A stretch of DNA of 64,000 nt from Octopus sinensis (GCF_006345805.1 NC_043012.1:7006001-7070000), one strand, 5' to 3'. Counted from the first letter of the stretch, positions 14,262 to 27,086 are shown. The notes: generated from the letters alone by a model not told the origin. Numbers and translations: made by a program.

Positions 14262-14445
14262 TTTGTGCTCATCATCATAGGTGCATTAGGCTGTGTACCA
14301 ACAAATTTGCTAAAAAAACACTCAGAAATACTAGGCTTTTCGAATACAGAGCAAAAGAAGCCGACGCAGATTCTCCAAGTCCAATTTATTAGTGGCACAG
14401 TGGAGATTTGTAAAACATTGCAAATATTTCCCATCTGGGATTCTT
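14262..14445 (+). mobile_element. R4/Dong-like (restriction-like endonuclease) LINE C-terminal fragment
   Basis: LIIIGALGCVPTNLLKKHSEILGF...LQVQFISGTVEICKTLQIF resembles the IIIGALG.VP...LQ....GT..I C-terminus of R4/Dong ORFs. Confidence 0.6.
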
Positions 14446-14794
14446 TAGGAGAAGAGTTGCATGCTTTTGGATATGTGCATCGATAGTTCAAACAACGCAC
14501 CAATTCAACCACATATCTACAACTACCTCTTTCAACTCAAGAAGTTTTGTCGCATTGTTAGCAAGCAGCTCGAACACTCTTAAGAGGAACTTAAATAAAA
14601 CACAAAGGAAAATAATCATGCATACGTGCATACGTAGCCAATACGAAGACTACAGATCCTATCCATCACCGGAACTGTAAAAATCTGTAAAACTTTCCAG
14701 AAGTTTATCATTTAAATATATATGAGCATGTCTAGATATGCAACTAGACAAGCATGAGAATACACACATGAAACAAAATATACAAAACTGTACG

Positions 14795-14807
14795 TAGACA
14801 TACATAA

Positions 14808-14838
<31 letters not shown>

Positions 14839-15045
14839 CATACATACATACATACATAAATACATACATACATACATAAATACATATATACATACATACA
14901 TACATACATACATACATACATACATAAATACATACATACATAAATACATACATACATACATATACATACATACATACATACATATATACATACATACATA
15001 CATACATACATACATGCATACATGCATGCATACATACATACAAAC
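14795..15045. repeat. (CATA)n array (others at ~16110-16385, 30379-30800, 31650-32222, 56350-56840)
   Basis: Direct reading. Confidence 0.95.
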
Positions 15046-15050
15046 AAACT

Positions 15051-15282
15051 AAAATACCCTGTTGCTCATGTTGAAATTCTAGTGAAGGAGCCTCGGATCT
15101 AGGTTAGAAACCGGCTCGTTCTCCATTGACATGCATACATACATACATATATACATACAAAAAAAACAAAAGTACCCTGTTGCTGATGTTGAAATTCCGA
15201 TGAAGGAACCTTGAATCTAGGTTAGAAACCAGCTCCTTCTCTATTAGCAAGAAATCTTGAAATAAAACTGAACAACGACATA
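15051..15282 (+). mobile_element. Tandem pair of PLE pseudo-LTR-like units with degenerate hammerhead motifs
   Basis: Direct repeats at 15051-15130 and 15169-15250. The second reads CCGATGA-AGG-AACC-TTGAATCTA-GGTT-A-GAAAC-CAG. Confidence 0.5.
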
Positions 15283-15664
15283 CGTATATGTAGGTGGTCT
15301 AAATTTGCAGTTTTAGTGTTTGTAGTATATTGGTTTACTGTGAGTATATGATGTATAATAGATGTCAATATAATACATTCAAGATAGTATAGTATTCACT
15401 CATTAGTGGACATACTAATTCAACAGTTGGTAGTTTGTTATTGACGAAAACTGATGCATTCTCGAATATATAATTAATGTATGCGTCTGCGCATTAATGT
15501 ACATTTCTCCGTTTCGTACGTCTGTCTATGCCCATGTATGTATGGCTTTCTATATCTGTATAGATGTGTCGGTGTCTGTTCAATGACAGTGCATATTCAA
15601 AACGTACCAACACGTCTGTACGGATATGATTAAGCATAGCATCAGCATTGGTTCCTTATGTCTA

Positions 15665-15880
15665 TCCTCTTTTACTTGTTTAAGCCACTGAATTGCGGCC
15701 ATGCTGGGGCACCGCTTTGAAAAGTCTAGCCAAACAGATCGCACCCCCCCACCACCACCACCAGTATTTGATTTTTCAAAAGGCTGAGTACATACTCTAT
15801 CGGTACTCTTTTGCCAAACCGCTAATTTATGAAGACGTAAACAAACAAACACCGGTTATCAAGCGGTTGTACACACCGGT
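15665..15880 (-). mobile_element. SINE-A-related 3' half (similar remnants at ~275-415 and ~3825-4000)
   Basis: TTTTACTTGTTT...GCGGCCATGCTGGGGCACC...GCCAAACCGCTAA. Confidence 0.6.
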
Positions 15881-16495
15881 TGTCAGCACACACACACACG
15901 CCCGCGCGCACACGCACACACATGCCAAAACGATGCGGGTAAAGAGAAGTGATAAAAGTCGAGGGTTTATACTTTTCGCTGGCATTTTAATATTGCGAGT
16001 TGAGGAGCCCTTCTTCAGGAAATCTTCGGAATTATGGCACTCTGGGGGTACGGCACAAAAACTTGCATTGTTGTTGCTTAAAAACTTAGACATTTTACAT
16101 ACATACATAAACCCACACATGCATACATATACACAAACACACGTACATGCATACATACGTACATACATACATACACACACACATACATACACACACATAC
16201 ATACATAATACATACATACATACATACATACATGTATACATACATACATACATATATATATACGTACATACTTACGTACATACATACATACATACATACA
16301 TACGTATCTACATACATACATATATGTATACATACATACATATATGTATACATACATACATACATACATGCATACATACATGCAACTTAGTGAATCAAAT
16401 GTACACCTGTTCCAGTCAACAATTTACGAAATTGCATTGAGTTCTTTATGTAGTTGATGGCCTTCTTTGTTCTCAGCAAGGAATCATAACAATAT

Positions 16496-16555
<60 letters not shown>

Positions 16556-17058
16556 AAGACTGAATAGTCTTTATACATACATACATACATACATATATGC
16601 GTGTGTGTATGCGCTTGTGTGTGTATAAATATACATGTATGTATGTATGTATGTTATGTATGTATGTATGTATAGACAAATTTGTGTATGGTCTGTGAAA
16701 GTATCGGTATGTGTGAATGTGACTGGAATGCGAGAGAGTGTATTGTTGTGTGTCGTCAGTCAAAAGGAAGCCATCGACAGACGAAGAGTTGCGAGAGGAG
16801 CAAATGTGAAAATAAGGAAATAAATAAAGTAAATGAGAATGAATGAAAGAAAGGAAAGAAGGAAAGGAGATGAAAATGGAGCAGAGGCGGTTGACGAAGG
16901 AAGAGAGAGGTAGGTAGAGGTGTAGAGGGAAAAAGAGGAAAATAAAGACGGTTAGAGGAGTGAGAGAGAGAGGAAAGATAGATATAGAGTGTAATTTTGA
17001 AAATATATATAGTGAAAACAGAGAGAGAGAGGAAAGAGATAAACTCTGAAAATGAAAG

Positions 17059-17101
<43 letters not shown>

Positions 17102-17358
17102 TGCGTATGTGTGTGTGTGTGATTGTGTGTGTGATTGTGTGTGTGTGTGTGTGTTAGGTGTGCAATTGAGAGAATGCGTGCATCATGTGTGAGTTGAAAT
17201 AAATGTGAAAATGTAATATGAGGAAGTAACTTATGAATGAGATACGGACACACACACACAGTCACACAGCTACACACCGCCACACACAGATAGACAAATA
17301 GACAGATATAGTGATATGTCTGTCAGTCTATAGTGAGACAGTGATTGAGAGAGATAGG

Positions 17359-17393
<35 letters not shown>

Positions 17394-17492
17394 GGAGAGA
17401 GTGAAGGGGAGAAAGTGTGGAGATAGAGAGAGACGGATAGAAAAAGAGTATGTGTAATATGGTGACATAGTGCGTGTACGCGCGCGAGAGAA

Positions 17493-17536
<44 letters not shown>

Positions 17537-17644
17537 GAGAGGAGATAGAGGAAGGCAGAGAATGAGAGTAAGTGAAGGAAGAGCATGAATCCATGAATGT
17601 CAGACAGATAGACAGACAGACAGATTAGACAGACAGACAGAGAT

Positions 17645-17713
<69 letters not shown>

Positions 17714-17952
17714 AGGGCATCTAAGAAGAAGGTGAGAGAATGTCAATGTGAGTGCGTGTGTATGAAAGCCTGAGAGGCAAACAGAAAGTGAAATAGACGT
17801 GAGGAGCAGCAAGAGTATAAAAGATGAAGAGGTTGCTAATGAATGGAAAAATAGAAAATACTCGCTTTAATATACAAATATTGTTATATTTATATATAGA
17901 GAGAGAGATTAGTAGTAGACGACTATGGAAACCAGTTCTTCGTAAAATTGTT

Positions 17953-17986
<34 letters not shown>

Positions 17987-18130
17987 CAGTAGTAGTATAA
18001 GAGGTAGGTGTAATAGTATCATTGCTGTCTACTATCTACACAAATGTATGCAGTGTGTTAGGTTTTTATAGAAGTAGTGTTAGTAAGTAGCTCTTGTAAT
18101 ATGTATAATAAGGATGTAGGGAAATAGAAC

Positions 18131-18161
<31 letters not shown>

Positions 18162-18257
18162 TAAGAGGTAGGTGTAGTAGTAGTAGTAGTAGCAGTAGCG
18201 GCGGCGGCGGTGGTGGGGGTATTGGTTGTAGGTAAGTCGATATAGGAACGTTATTAG

Positions 18258-18800
18258 TTTGTAACGTAAGGCAGCGAGATGTGGGGGGGCCGTCACGGTG
18301 CCGGACGAAATGCTTACTGAGCATTTCTTCCGACTTTTTGACGTTCTGTGGCAGAATCGTTAGCATGCCGAGCGAAATGCTTAGCGGTATTTCGTCTGCC
18401 GCTACGTTCTGAGTTCAAATTCCGGCGAGGTCGACTTTGCCTTTCATCCTTTCGGGGTCGATTAAATAAGTACCAGTTACGCACTGGGGTCGATGTAATC
18501 GATTTCATCCCTTTTGTTTTTGTTTGTCCCCTCTATGTTTAGCCCTCTGTGGGCAAATAAAGAAATAAATATTAATTTGTAACGTAAGGCAGCGAGATGT
18601 GAGAATCGTTACGGTGCCGGACGAAATGCTTACAGAGCATTTCTTCCGACTTTTTGACGTTCTGTGTTCGAATGTTGCTGCTGAGGTCGACTTTGCCTTA
18701 CGTCCTTTCGGGGTCGGAAAAAGTAAGAGCCGATTGAGCTGTGAGAGGTGGGGGATGGTTTGCGATGAAATACGACATCCCCCTCCCCTCAAAACTGAAA
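18258..18800 (+). mobile_element. SINE-B (18350-18567) flanked by a ~92-bp duplicated head of a B-variant SINE
   Basis: TTTGTAACGTAAGGCAGCGAGATGTG...GACGTTCTGTG occurs at 18258-18350 and 18576-18668. Confidence 0.8.
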
Positions 18801-18981
18801 GCTTTCTGCCAAAATCTGAAATCACAGACGCAAGTAGAGTTGTGTTGTTGTGTATGTGTGTTTTAAATCTCCGACTTGTGGAACTGGTCAGGTGAATTAA
18901 GAACTGGACTGCCAGCCTATGTACCGTGTGTTCAAATCAGCTCAGATCCTAGCGTTACTTTGTGTTTCTGGACACGTAACT

Positions 18982-19167
18982 TAACAGTTTTACAGTTCTA
19001 TATTTAAGAGATGAGGAATTATGTACATTATTTACATTTGATGGATATTTGTCCTCATCTTGTTTGTTGTTAACACGTTTTGACTGATATACTCTCCGAC
19101 CTTCATCGGGTGTCTTGCGGAAATTTCGAACCTGGGTTCTCACTCCTAAGGTATTTTTCAATGTTGT

Positions 19168-19200
<33 letters not shown>

Positions 19201-19243
19201 TATTATTATTATTCAGGTCACTGCTTGGAATAATAATAATAAC

Positions 19244-19289
<46 letters not shown>

Positions 19290-19446
19290 GTAACATCAAA
19301 AAATACCTTAGGAATGAGAACCTAGGTTCAAAATTTCCCCAAGACACCTGATGAAGGCTGGTGGGTATATCAGCTGAAACGTTGTGTCAACAACAAACAA
19401 GGTGAGGACAAATATCTGTCAAATGTAAATAACCTAACAGTTTTAC
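18982..19446. mobile_element. Penelope-like (PLE)-derived fold-back element with inverted arms
   Basis: The ~135-bp arms at 19028-19161 and 19292-19430 are imperfect reverse complements, separated by (TTA)n-CAGGTCACTGCTTGGA-(ATA)n. A 12-bp direct repeat, TAACAGTTTTAC, lies at 18982-18993 and 19435-19446 (TSD-like). The arms carry a hammerhead-type CTGATGA...GAAAC motif. Confidence 0.75.
19343..19388 (+). ncRNA. Minimal type I hammerhead ribozyme motif (PLE-type)
   Basis: GACAC (stem I) - CTGATGA - A - GGCTG...CAGCT (stem II) - GAAA - CGTT - GTGTC (stem I'). Helix III is reduced to the palindrome AACGTT. Confidence 0.7.
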
Positions 19447-19461
19447 TTCTACTCGTATATT

Positions 19462-19803
19462 CATAGAGGGTAAAGACCCTGTTCGGTCATGAATGACCAT
19501 GGTATTGCACCTAGAAAGTTCCTCTCCTAGACAAGTCCGGGCAAGGTTGTTTATGGAAGACCAGCAGTCATCCATGCATACTAGCTTCCCCTCTCCACGC
19601 CACCGATGTTGTTCAAGGGAAAGGCAAAGGGGCCGATACAGCTTGGCACCAGTGACATCACAACTCATTTCTACAGATGAGTGAACTGGAGCAACATAAA
19701 ATTAAATGTCTTGCTCAAGAACATAACACACAACCCGGTCCGGGAATCGAACTCACTACCTCATTGTGAGCCCGACGCTCTACCCACTGAGCCATGCGCT
19801 TTC
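19462..19803 (-). mobile_element. tRNA-derived SINE family D
   Basis: Minus head GCGCATGGCTCAGTGGGTAGAGCG...GAGTTCGATTCCCGG, core CTTGAGCAAGACA, distinct tail CAACCTTGCCCGGACTTG. Confidence 0.85.
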
Positions 19804-20063
19804 ACACACATAGATATACATAAATTATTATGGAAGTACTCAATAGTTAAGGTTTTTAAACGCTCCCACCCCCCTCACGTCGACACTGATCGATTGGTAT
19901 TTTAGCCCAAGTCATTTTCTCCGAAGACGTTGGAAACACCGGATCGCATCAACATATGTGGCCATTTTTGAAAAACTATGAGATTTGAAGTAGAACCGGC
20001 TGCTATCACTAGTAGACTGAGAGACCAAGTACAGTTCTTCGCCCATCGTAGAAGAATATGACA

Positions 20064-20276
20064 TTAAACCTTTAGCATTTAAACCAACAACATCCGGCTC
20101 GAATATTCTACTTGTATTATGTTCGAACTGGCCAGATTCAGACTTTCACGCCTACAATACAATAGCGTTCTAAAGACAAAACAATGGCAAGCTACAAGAT
20201 AATGCATGATTAATTCCAAAGAATGCGAATAGATAAGCAATACATTTGACAGAGTAACCTGAATACTAAAGGTTAA
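20064..20276. mobile_element. piggyBac-like MITE
   Basis: TTAA-ACCTTTAGCATT at the left end and GAATACTAAAGG-TTAA at the right end: TTAA-bounded inverted termini. Confidence 0.5.
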
Positions 20277-20692
20277 AGGAACTAACAAGTGATAAACCGA
20301 GACTTCCTGTCTCTCTCCCTTACTTTTGACTTGAAGCATTTGACATTACTAATTCCTCATAAACGTAGGCAAAAAGCTAACAGAAAATATGAATCTTCCA
20401 GTAAATCGCACTCTTTCTTTCTTCCTTTCTTCCTTTCTTTTGTCTTTCTTTCTTTCTTTCTTTCTTTCTACTCCTCTCTCTCCCTCTCTCTGTCAAACAC
20501 ACACACATTGCAATTATTCTGACAGGGACTTCGAATTTTCGTCAGCTAATTGGTTTTTCAAGCTGTCACATTTTCGAAGTCATTATGAAAATTATGACAA
20601 ATATTTACCTGTGCATTAGTATTGAGACTTCAGTCGTTTTTAAGCATGCACGCACACACACACACACACACACACATACACACACACACATA

Positions 20693-21979
20693 TTAGGTTG
20701 TCAAGAAAGTTCTTGCGGAATTTTAAATTTTGGTTTTAAATGATGTATTTCCAAATTAGTTTTCATTAAATTACTTTGACTTTATACATCATTTTAAAGC
20801 CCATTTTCGCTCTATCTAATCGTGTTACTCTTTCTCTTTTTGAATAATCAGGTCATTTTTTCCGGAACGTTGAATACAACATGGACAAGAAGCAAATTCG
20901 CACAATTTTCTTATTCCAGTTCAAGCTGCTGAAACAGCTCGCAATATAAATGATGCGTTTGGCCCAGGAACCACTAATGGATGTACAGCACAATGGTGGT
21001 TCAAGAAATTTCGTAGCGGTGACGAGAGTCTTGAAGGTGATAAGCGTAGTGGTCAGCCATCGGATGTTGACAACGATCAACTAAGAGCCTTAGTTAAAGC
21101 TAATCCACGCACAACTGTTTGAGAGCTTGCTTCTGAATTAGACGTAATGTATACGACAATTTCCGACCACTTGAAAGAGGTAGGAAAAACAAAAGTACTT
21201 GAGAAATGGGTGTCGCACGAATTGAACGACAACCAAAAATAAAAAACCAAAAAAAAAAAAACGCCGTTTTGAAGCGTCGTCTTCCCTTCTTTTACACAAC
21301 AAGAACGGCCCGTTTTTCAACCGGATTGTGACTTGCGATGAAAAGTGGATTCTTTACGACAACCGGCGACGCTCAGCTCAGTGGTTGGACTCCCACAAAC
21401 CTCCACGGCGCTTCCCGAAGCCAAAGTTGCACCAAAAGAAGGTCATGGTGACTATTTGGTGATTTGCGGCCGGTCTCATCCATCACAGCTTTATGGATCC
21501 GGGCGAAACCATTACGGCGGAGAAGTACTGTCAGCAAATGGATGAAATGCATAAGAAACTCCGACAACAGCCAGCATTGGTCAATAGAAAATGGCCAATT
21601 CTTCTCCACGACAACGCTCGGCCGCACGTCGCGCAACTGACCCTGCAGAAGTTGAACGAATTGGGCTACGATATTCTGCCTCATCCGCCATACTCACCAG
21701 ACCTCTCGCCTACCGACTACCACTTTTTCAAGCATCTCGACAACTTCCTGCATGAGAAATGCTTCAAAAACCAAGATGATGCCAAACACGCCTTCAAAGA
21801 CTTCATCGCCACCAGAACGCAGGATTTTTACGCTACTGGCATAAATAAACTTGTTTCACGTTGGCAAAAGTGTGTTGATTCTGATGGTGTTTATTTCGAT
21901 TAATAAAGTTTTGTTTGAGCCGAGATATGTGCATCTGAATTTAAAGGTTAAAACCGCAAGAACTTTCTTGACAACCTAA
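20693..21979 (+). mobile_element. Full-length mariner (cecropia subfamily, Hsmar1-like) DNA transposon, inactive
   Basis: Perfect 26-bp TIRs TTAGGTTGTCAAGAAAGTTCTTGCGG (20693-20718) and its reverse complement (21954-21979). TA target duplications on both sides. Length 1287 bp. Confidence 0.97.
20881..21903 (+). pseudogene. Disrupted DD34D mariner transposase
   Basis: Reads MDKKQIRTIFLFQFK...WWFKKF...KWVSHEL...TCDEKW...HDNARPH...HPPYSPDLSPTDYHFF...WQKCVDSDGVYFD*. A small deletion after codon ~15 shifts the frame. An A-rich insertion lies at ~21236-21261 and there are in-frame stops. Confidence 0.95.
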
Positions 21980-22135
21980 TATATATACACGAGCCTGGTG
22001 AGATAGGTTCGTCTGACGAGCCTATGAAGCGTTAAGATGCATTGAACCAAATCAAACTGTTATTAAATAAGTTTATGTGTGCGCGTGTGTGTATTTATAT
22101 ACGTATATTTCTCTCTCTCTCTCTCCCTCCCTCTC

Positions 22136-22190
<55 letters not shown>

Positions 22191-22269
22191 TATATGTGGC
22201 AATTATTCTGTAGCCATGATAAAACTCCGGCTTTCGGATGTCGGGGTGGAAACCCGCACCAGCATCTCT

Positions 22270-22380
22270 TCAGTTGAGGCTAAAGTAGAAGACACCTGCC
22301 CAAGGTGCCACACAGTGGAACTGAACCCGGAACTATGTTGTTGGAAAGCAAACTTCTTACCACACAGCCACGCCTGCGCC
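22270..22380 (-). mobile_element. SINE-A head
   Basis: GTAGAAGACACCTGCCCAAGG...CTTACCACACAGCCACGCCTGCGCC. Confidence 0.8.
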
Positions 22381-23220
22381 TATATGTGTATCTATATTTA
22401 TATATTTATATGTACATGCCTGTGTGTATGTGTGTATGTGTATGTGTCTGTGTGTGTTATTTATTAAATGTATCTTTGGAGAGTAACATTCCTGGAAAAA
22501 CAGATGTGTCATACATCATCATGTACTACACTACTATACTATTCCATAAATGAACTATGCATTTACAGATAAGAGCCATTAAAACACATCGTATTATATA
22601 ACATGTTGTAATGTTACAATCATTACGAAATATTTTGCTTCCTACACCGACAAGCATTACGTTATAAGATTCCACACAAAAATATATCACGTTTCATCAC
22701 TACCAACATAATAAACATACGATGAATGAATTAAAAGCATTCCATTAATCTCATTTTACCAATCGCCACACTTCTTGTAATAGCCAATAGAAATTAAAAA
22801 TACAAAGTCCATAAAAACACGTAACAACATCCGTTATTATATGGTTTGTGTACGTATGAATATCTGATTTTATCTTGGGGCATTAATACAATGAATGCCT
22901 GGGTAGGGTAGCTTATAAAAATAGAGAACGCATTTAGGAGGATGTGTTGTAGAGAATTTATTTGAACACAAGGTACAGGAAGAAGATGACAGTTGCGTTT
23001 CGAATGACATGGTCTGAAAGAATAGCATTTATTCCCGCCCAGTATTCACTGACAAAGGAACAAATAACCATAGATGCATATATATACAGGCTTGCTACAT
23101 TCATCCATCCATACGCACATACTTATATAGATAATGTCTACGTACACACATATGTACATACGTATACAAATACATACCTACGTACATTCATGCATATATA
23201 TATATATATATACATATATA

Positions 23221-23538
23221 GCTGGCACTCCGTCGGTTACGACGATGAGGGTTCCATTTGATCCTATCAACGGAACAGCCTGCTCCTGAAATTAACGTGC
23301 AGTGGCTGAGCACGTAGTTCTCCCTTAACGTAGTTCTCAGGAAGATTCAGCGTGACACACGATGTGACAAGGCTGGCCCCTTTGAATTACTGGTACTACT
23401 CATTTTTGTTAGCTGAGTGGACTAGAACAAAATGAAATAAGGTGTCTATGTTGCTCAAGGACACAGCGGCTTGCCCGAAATTGAACTCAAGACCTCAAGA
23501 TCATGAGCAGAAGACCCTAACCGCTGAGCCACAACCTT
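23221..23538 (-). mobile_element. tRNA-derived SINE family C
   Basis: tRNA-like head, CTTGAGCAA/CTAGTCCACTCAGCT core, tail ending CGTCGTAACCGACGGAGTGCCAG. Confidence 0.85.
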
Positions 23539-23549
23539 TATATATATAT

Positions 23550-23594
<45 letters not shown>

Positions 23595-23596
<2 letters not shown>

Positions 23597-23800
23597 TTTT
23601 ACTTGCTTCAGCCATTTTGACTGCGACCATGCTGGAGCACCGCCTTTAGTCGAGCAAATCGACCCCAGGACTTATTCTTTGTAAAACTAGTATTTATTCT
23701 ATCGTTCCTATTTGCCGAGCCGCTAAGTTACGGCATTGGTTGCCAAGCGATGTTGCGGTGGGGGGCGGGGGCAAAAACAGACACACAAACATATGCACAC
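23595..23800 (-). mobile_element. SINE-A 3' half
   Basis: CTTTTACTTGCTTCAGCCATTTTGACTGCG...CCGCTAAGTTACGG. Confidence 0.8.
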
Positions 23801-23843
23801 ACATACATACATAGATACATACATATATATGTATATATATATA

Positions 23844-23887
<44 letters not shown>

Positions 23888-24729
23888 CAGAATACAGTTT
23901 GCAAACCCTAGCACTCTGGAGCCTACCCAGCTGTATTTATAGCACAGAATCAATCATCTTGCTACAGTCAAAAATTGTGAAGCATGACTGTCAACACTAC
24001 TACATGAACTCGAAGATTGCAGAATTCAATGCATGAAAGTACTAGTTCAATCAGAATGAATATTTAACATTCTACTATTTCATTTTATTTTATTCAATTA
24101 TAATATATTATCTTATAATATATCATTATAAGATTGTAAATAAAACGTGAAAATCAGACAAGGTTGGAATTCCTTTTATTAATATATATATATATATATA
24201 TATGTATGTACTCTATAAACGTTCATGATATAATAAAGAACTGGACAGTGTCGTTTATTCACACTCGTTCTTCACACTTCATTCATCACCCTCTCCTTTT
24301 CACCCCTCCCTGTCATTATCTCTTTCGCTATTAATCACTCATTCTCTCTAAAAAAACACACTCTCACACATGTGTGCATACACACACAGACATACTGTGT
24401 ACATATGTGTGTGTGTTTGTGTGGTGTACATCTTATATATATTCATATATCCAAATATGTTTGTGCGTATGTGTATATGCGTATATATCTCTATATATAA
24501 AATATATATATATACATATGCTATAATCTCAAACATGTATAAATATGTGTGAATGTATGTATACACACATATATATATACATGCACATACGTTTAAATGT
24601 GTGCATACATACATACACACATACACAAATATATGCATATATAGATATAGATATATAGATATAAATATGTATGTATATATTATATTTATGCACTTACAGA
24701 CGAAAAGCAGAGAGAGAGAGGGAGAGAGA

Positions 24730-25115
24730 GTGTGTGTGTGTGTGTGTGTGAGAGTGATAAAAGCCACACATACACACACACACAGACACACACTCTCACA
24801 CACACACACTCACACACACACTCACTCACACACACAGACACACACACACACTCACACACACACACACGCACACGCACACTCACACACACGCACACGCACA
24901 CGCACACTCACACACACACTCACACACACACACAAACACACACACATACACACACAAACACACACACACTCACACACACACAAACACACACACATACACA
25001 CACAAACACACACAAACACACACACACACACAAACACACACACTCACACACACACTCACACACACACACAAACACACACACAAACACACACACAAACACA
25101 CACACACACGTACAC
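24730..25115. repeat. Degenerate (CA)n tract
   Basis: Direct reading. Confidence 0.95.
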
Positions 25116-25804
25116 ACATGAGAAATTCTAAAGCTGAAGCGTTCAGGTATGTATGTACTCTTTCGATTAACCTCCACCATCCCCATCAGCATCACCTGCT
25201 TCACCACCACCTCCTCCTCCTGCTCCATCTCCTCCACTGTCATCTGCTTCCACAGTAACACCATTATAGCTACTAGCACCGTCGCCATCTGCGGCAGCAA
25301 GCCGTTATAGTAGCTTATATAGCACAGACTCTCATATGACATAATATCACATACGTGTTAATAACTAGTTCTGTTTTTGTTTTATATCATTTTTATTTCA
25401 AATGGTAGTAGTTTGGCGACACATCACTTTGATCAATACATTCAATCATGGTGGAATATATGATACATGCATCTATGTATATATATGTAAATATGTATTT
25501 ATGTATATATGTATATATGTAAATATGTATTTATGTATGTATGTATGTATGTAAATATGTATTTATGTATGTATGTATATATGTAAATATGTATGTATGA
25601 ATTTATGTATGTGTGTATGTATGTATGTATGCATGTATGTATGTATTTAGGCCTGAATTATGTATGTTTTGAAATATATATGTGTGCATTAGAATAAAAA
25701 CATACGTAAGCATATATACATGCACACATGACAAATATTTACGCATACACACCTATATACATCATGATTATTTAAACACACACACAAGCACACAAACACC
25801 CCGC

Positions 25805-25851
<47 letters not shown>

Positions 25852-26014
25852 CACATATATACACATACATACATGTGTAAATGTGCATAAATGTTTGTAT
25901 ACGCGCGCGCGTGTATATATATATTTACACACACCTAAATATCATTCCTGTATATGTATATATATATACATCGGCAGACAGATAGACAAATCGATAGATA
26001 GATAAATAGGTAGG

Positions 26015-26099
<85 letters not shown>

Positions 26100-26135
26100 A
26101 GATATAAGATAGATAGAATAGATAGATAGATAGAT

Positions 26136-26192
<57 letters not shown>

Positions 26193-26213
26193 GAGATAGA
26201 TAGATGATATATA

Positions 26214-26744
26214 TGTTTTCTTATTAGCCACACAGGGCTGCACACAGCAGGACAAAATTACAAGGTAGAGCTTTTCGTTTGGGGGTAAAAGAAGGGGGTT
26301 TGGTTTTCGATCAAAAGGGATCGTAAATGGAAAGAAAGAGGACAAAAAAGGGGGGGATAAAAAAAAGGGAGGTGAGGAAGAAAAAAAGGGAGGTGAGGAA
26401 AAAAAAGGGGAAAGAAAAAATTGATCAATAGGGATCGTTATCACAGAAATGTCAATATGAAGTGTAAAGGGGAGGATAGGTGAGGTTTACCCGTGGAAAG
26501 AAAAGCCTACGGAAAAGACCACGGTAACCTCGGTCAATGAAGTCACATGTTATATTTCTTTTTTTTTTTTTGCAAATAAGCAACTCTCTGTATTAATTTT
26601 TACGGTTCATAGAATCATAGTCAAGGTGGCTTCGTCATTCATACGTGCCATCCTTGCTATATTCACCCATCTTTTTTTAAAATATTCACTAGACAAAACT
26701 TGCCTCTCTACTTTCACTTTCCTCTTCAAGTGATACTTGAAGAA

Positions 26745-26746
<2 letters not shown>
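26214..26746 (-). mobile_element. Tx1/L1-clade LINE 3' fragment (same family as 58194-59323) inside a GATA/GACA array
   Basis: Encodes [45 protein letters not shown]. Shares the 3' UTR blocks GCCACACAGGG, GTAGAGCTTTTC and CCGTGGAAAGAAAAGCCTACGGAAAAGA. (GATA)n on the left and (GACA)n(GATA)n on the right. Confidence 0.85.
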
Positions 26747-26787
<41 letters not shown>

Positions 26788-27000
26788 TAGATAGATAGGT
26801 AGATAGATAGATAGATAGATAGATAGATGGATGGATAGACATATATAGATAGATAGATGGATGGATAGACATATATAGATAGATAGATAGATGGATGGAT
26901 AGACATATATAGATAGATAGATAGATGGATGGATAGACATATATTAGATATGGATGGATGGATGGATGGATGGATGGATGGATGGATGGATGGATGGATG

Positions 27001-27086
<86 letters not shown>
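26747..27086. repeat. (GACA)n/(GATA)n/(GATG)n array
   Basis: Direct reading. Confidence 0.95.

Noticed and set aside
21493-21903. 136-aa ORF as a domesticated SETMAR-like gene
   Set aside because: It is only the C-terminal remnant of a TIR-bounded mariner with upstream frameshifts and stops. No SET exon or splice acceptor is evident.
22005-22070. CTGACGA-GCC hammerhead-like remnant next to the mariner
   Set aside because: The GAAA core and stem II partner are missing; too decayed to call.
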